Assembly (NCBI GenBank): GCA_903813345.2
Contig: CAIIXF020000001.1
Coordinates: 34,348,001-34,412,000, forward strand
Source of the DNA: Owenia fusiformis
Lineage: Eukaryota
Length of the DNA: 64,000 nt
Direction: 5' to 3'
Shown: positions 63,318-64,000 of the stretch, piece by piece
Layout: each line of letters starts with the position of its first letter
Numbering within the stretch: the stretch's first letter is position 1
The notes under the pieces: generated by a model
The model's input: the letters and a program-made list of their open reading frames with translations, nothing else
What the model was told of the DNA's origin: nothing
Databases searched by the model: none
Translations under genes and position numbers: made by a program

Positions 63318-64000
63318 TACGAATTGGTTGTTTAATTAAGTAGCTACTTTTTGCTTTCATCTAATGATGCTAGAGAACACAAAAAAACGTTTGTCTCAAT
63401 TACAAGTTTCAACACCAATATCCTTGGAGCTATGTGTAATTTTTTTATAAAATATTTTCGGCAAAGAGATGAAGATTAGCCAGCGGGTTAGCCAGATTTA
63501 GATTTTTAGTGTTTTCTTAACAAATTCCACCCCACACTCAATATCATAAAGCAACAATGCCTTGTTGATCATTTAACGTTGGGAATCATGTACATGCCAC
63601 GACATTTCTCTAAACTTAACTTGTTTCTTTTAAATTCTTTATTTCTTTAAGTCTGATTCTGAAAGGAAAATACAACATAGGGGAGGACGGAGGTTGGTTC
63701 CCGGGGGTTGGTTCGAGCCTTAATGGGATTCAAAGCATCCGTTGAATGACTCTAAATCAAGCAGGTAATTTAAAGCAGTTGCCAAATATCAGTAAATACA
63801 TTTGATCCTTCACAGTAACCACATCGAGGCGAGGGCCCCTCTGAAGGGGGTTGGGGGGGGGGGGGTAAACACACAGTACCATCTGAACAATGTACCCATA
63901 AGATGCATTACACCTCGGGGCATTACATTCATTGGCCAGATAATGGTTCAGTATTCCAAATTTCTCAGGTCCGAAATCAAATTAAAAATGAAGCTAGTGT

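Overview
AT-rich eukaryotic DNA, made almost entirely of nested transposable elements. The repeat repertoire suggests a marine invertebrate (inference). No prokaryotic genes, CRISPR arrays or rRNA were seen. Main contents: (1) a complete, apparently intact autonomous AcademX DNA transposon (7654-15075) with TAG..CTA ends, a 3-bp TAA TSD, ~650-bp imperfect TIRs and a 1482-aa DDE + XPG/FEN1-like nuclease + CXC protein; (2) a second, non-coding Academ-type family (27275-32966, plus a partial copy ending at 55052); (3) a 5'-truncated L1/Tx1-type LINE with poly(A) and a 15-bp TSD (43882-46835); (4) a Russian-doll nest of Helentron-type elements carrying internal satellites (33516-41166) and several other Helentron/Helitron families; (5) Transib-like, hAT, Tc1/mariner, MULE-like, Kolobok-like and ISL2EU-like non-autonomous elements, a probable solo LTR and tRNA-derived SINE heads; (6) four phase-compatible minus-strand candidate exons of an unidentified host gene, each in a rare unique island. 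The most interesting observation is that, in both Academ families, the two ends differ by one helical turn (10 and 11 bp) between the terminal motif and the internal conserved block. This recalls the RAG 12/23 rule. A Transib-like element shows a similar 12-bp offset. Family assignments come from terminal and TSD signatures and protein motifs read by eye, not from database searches.
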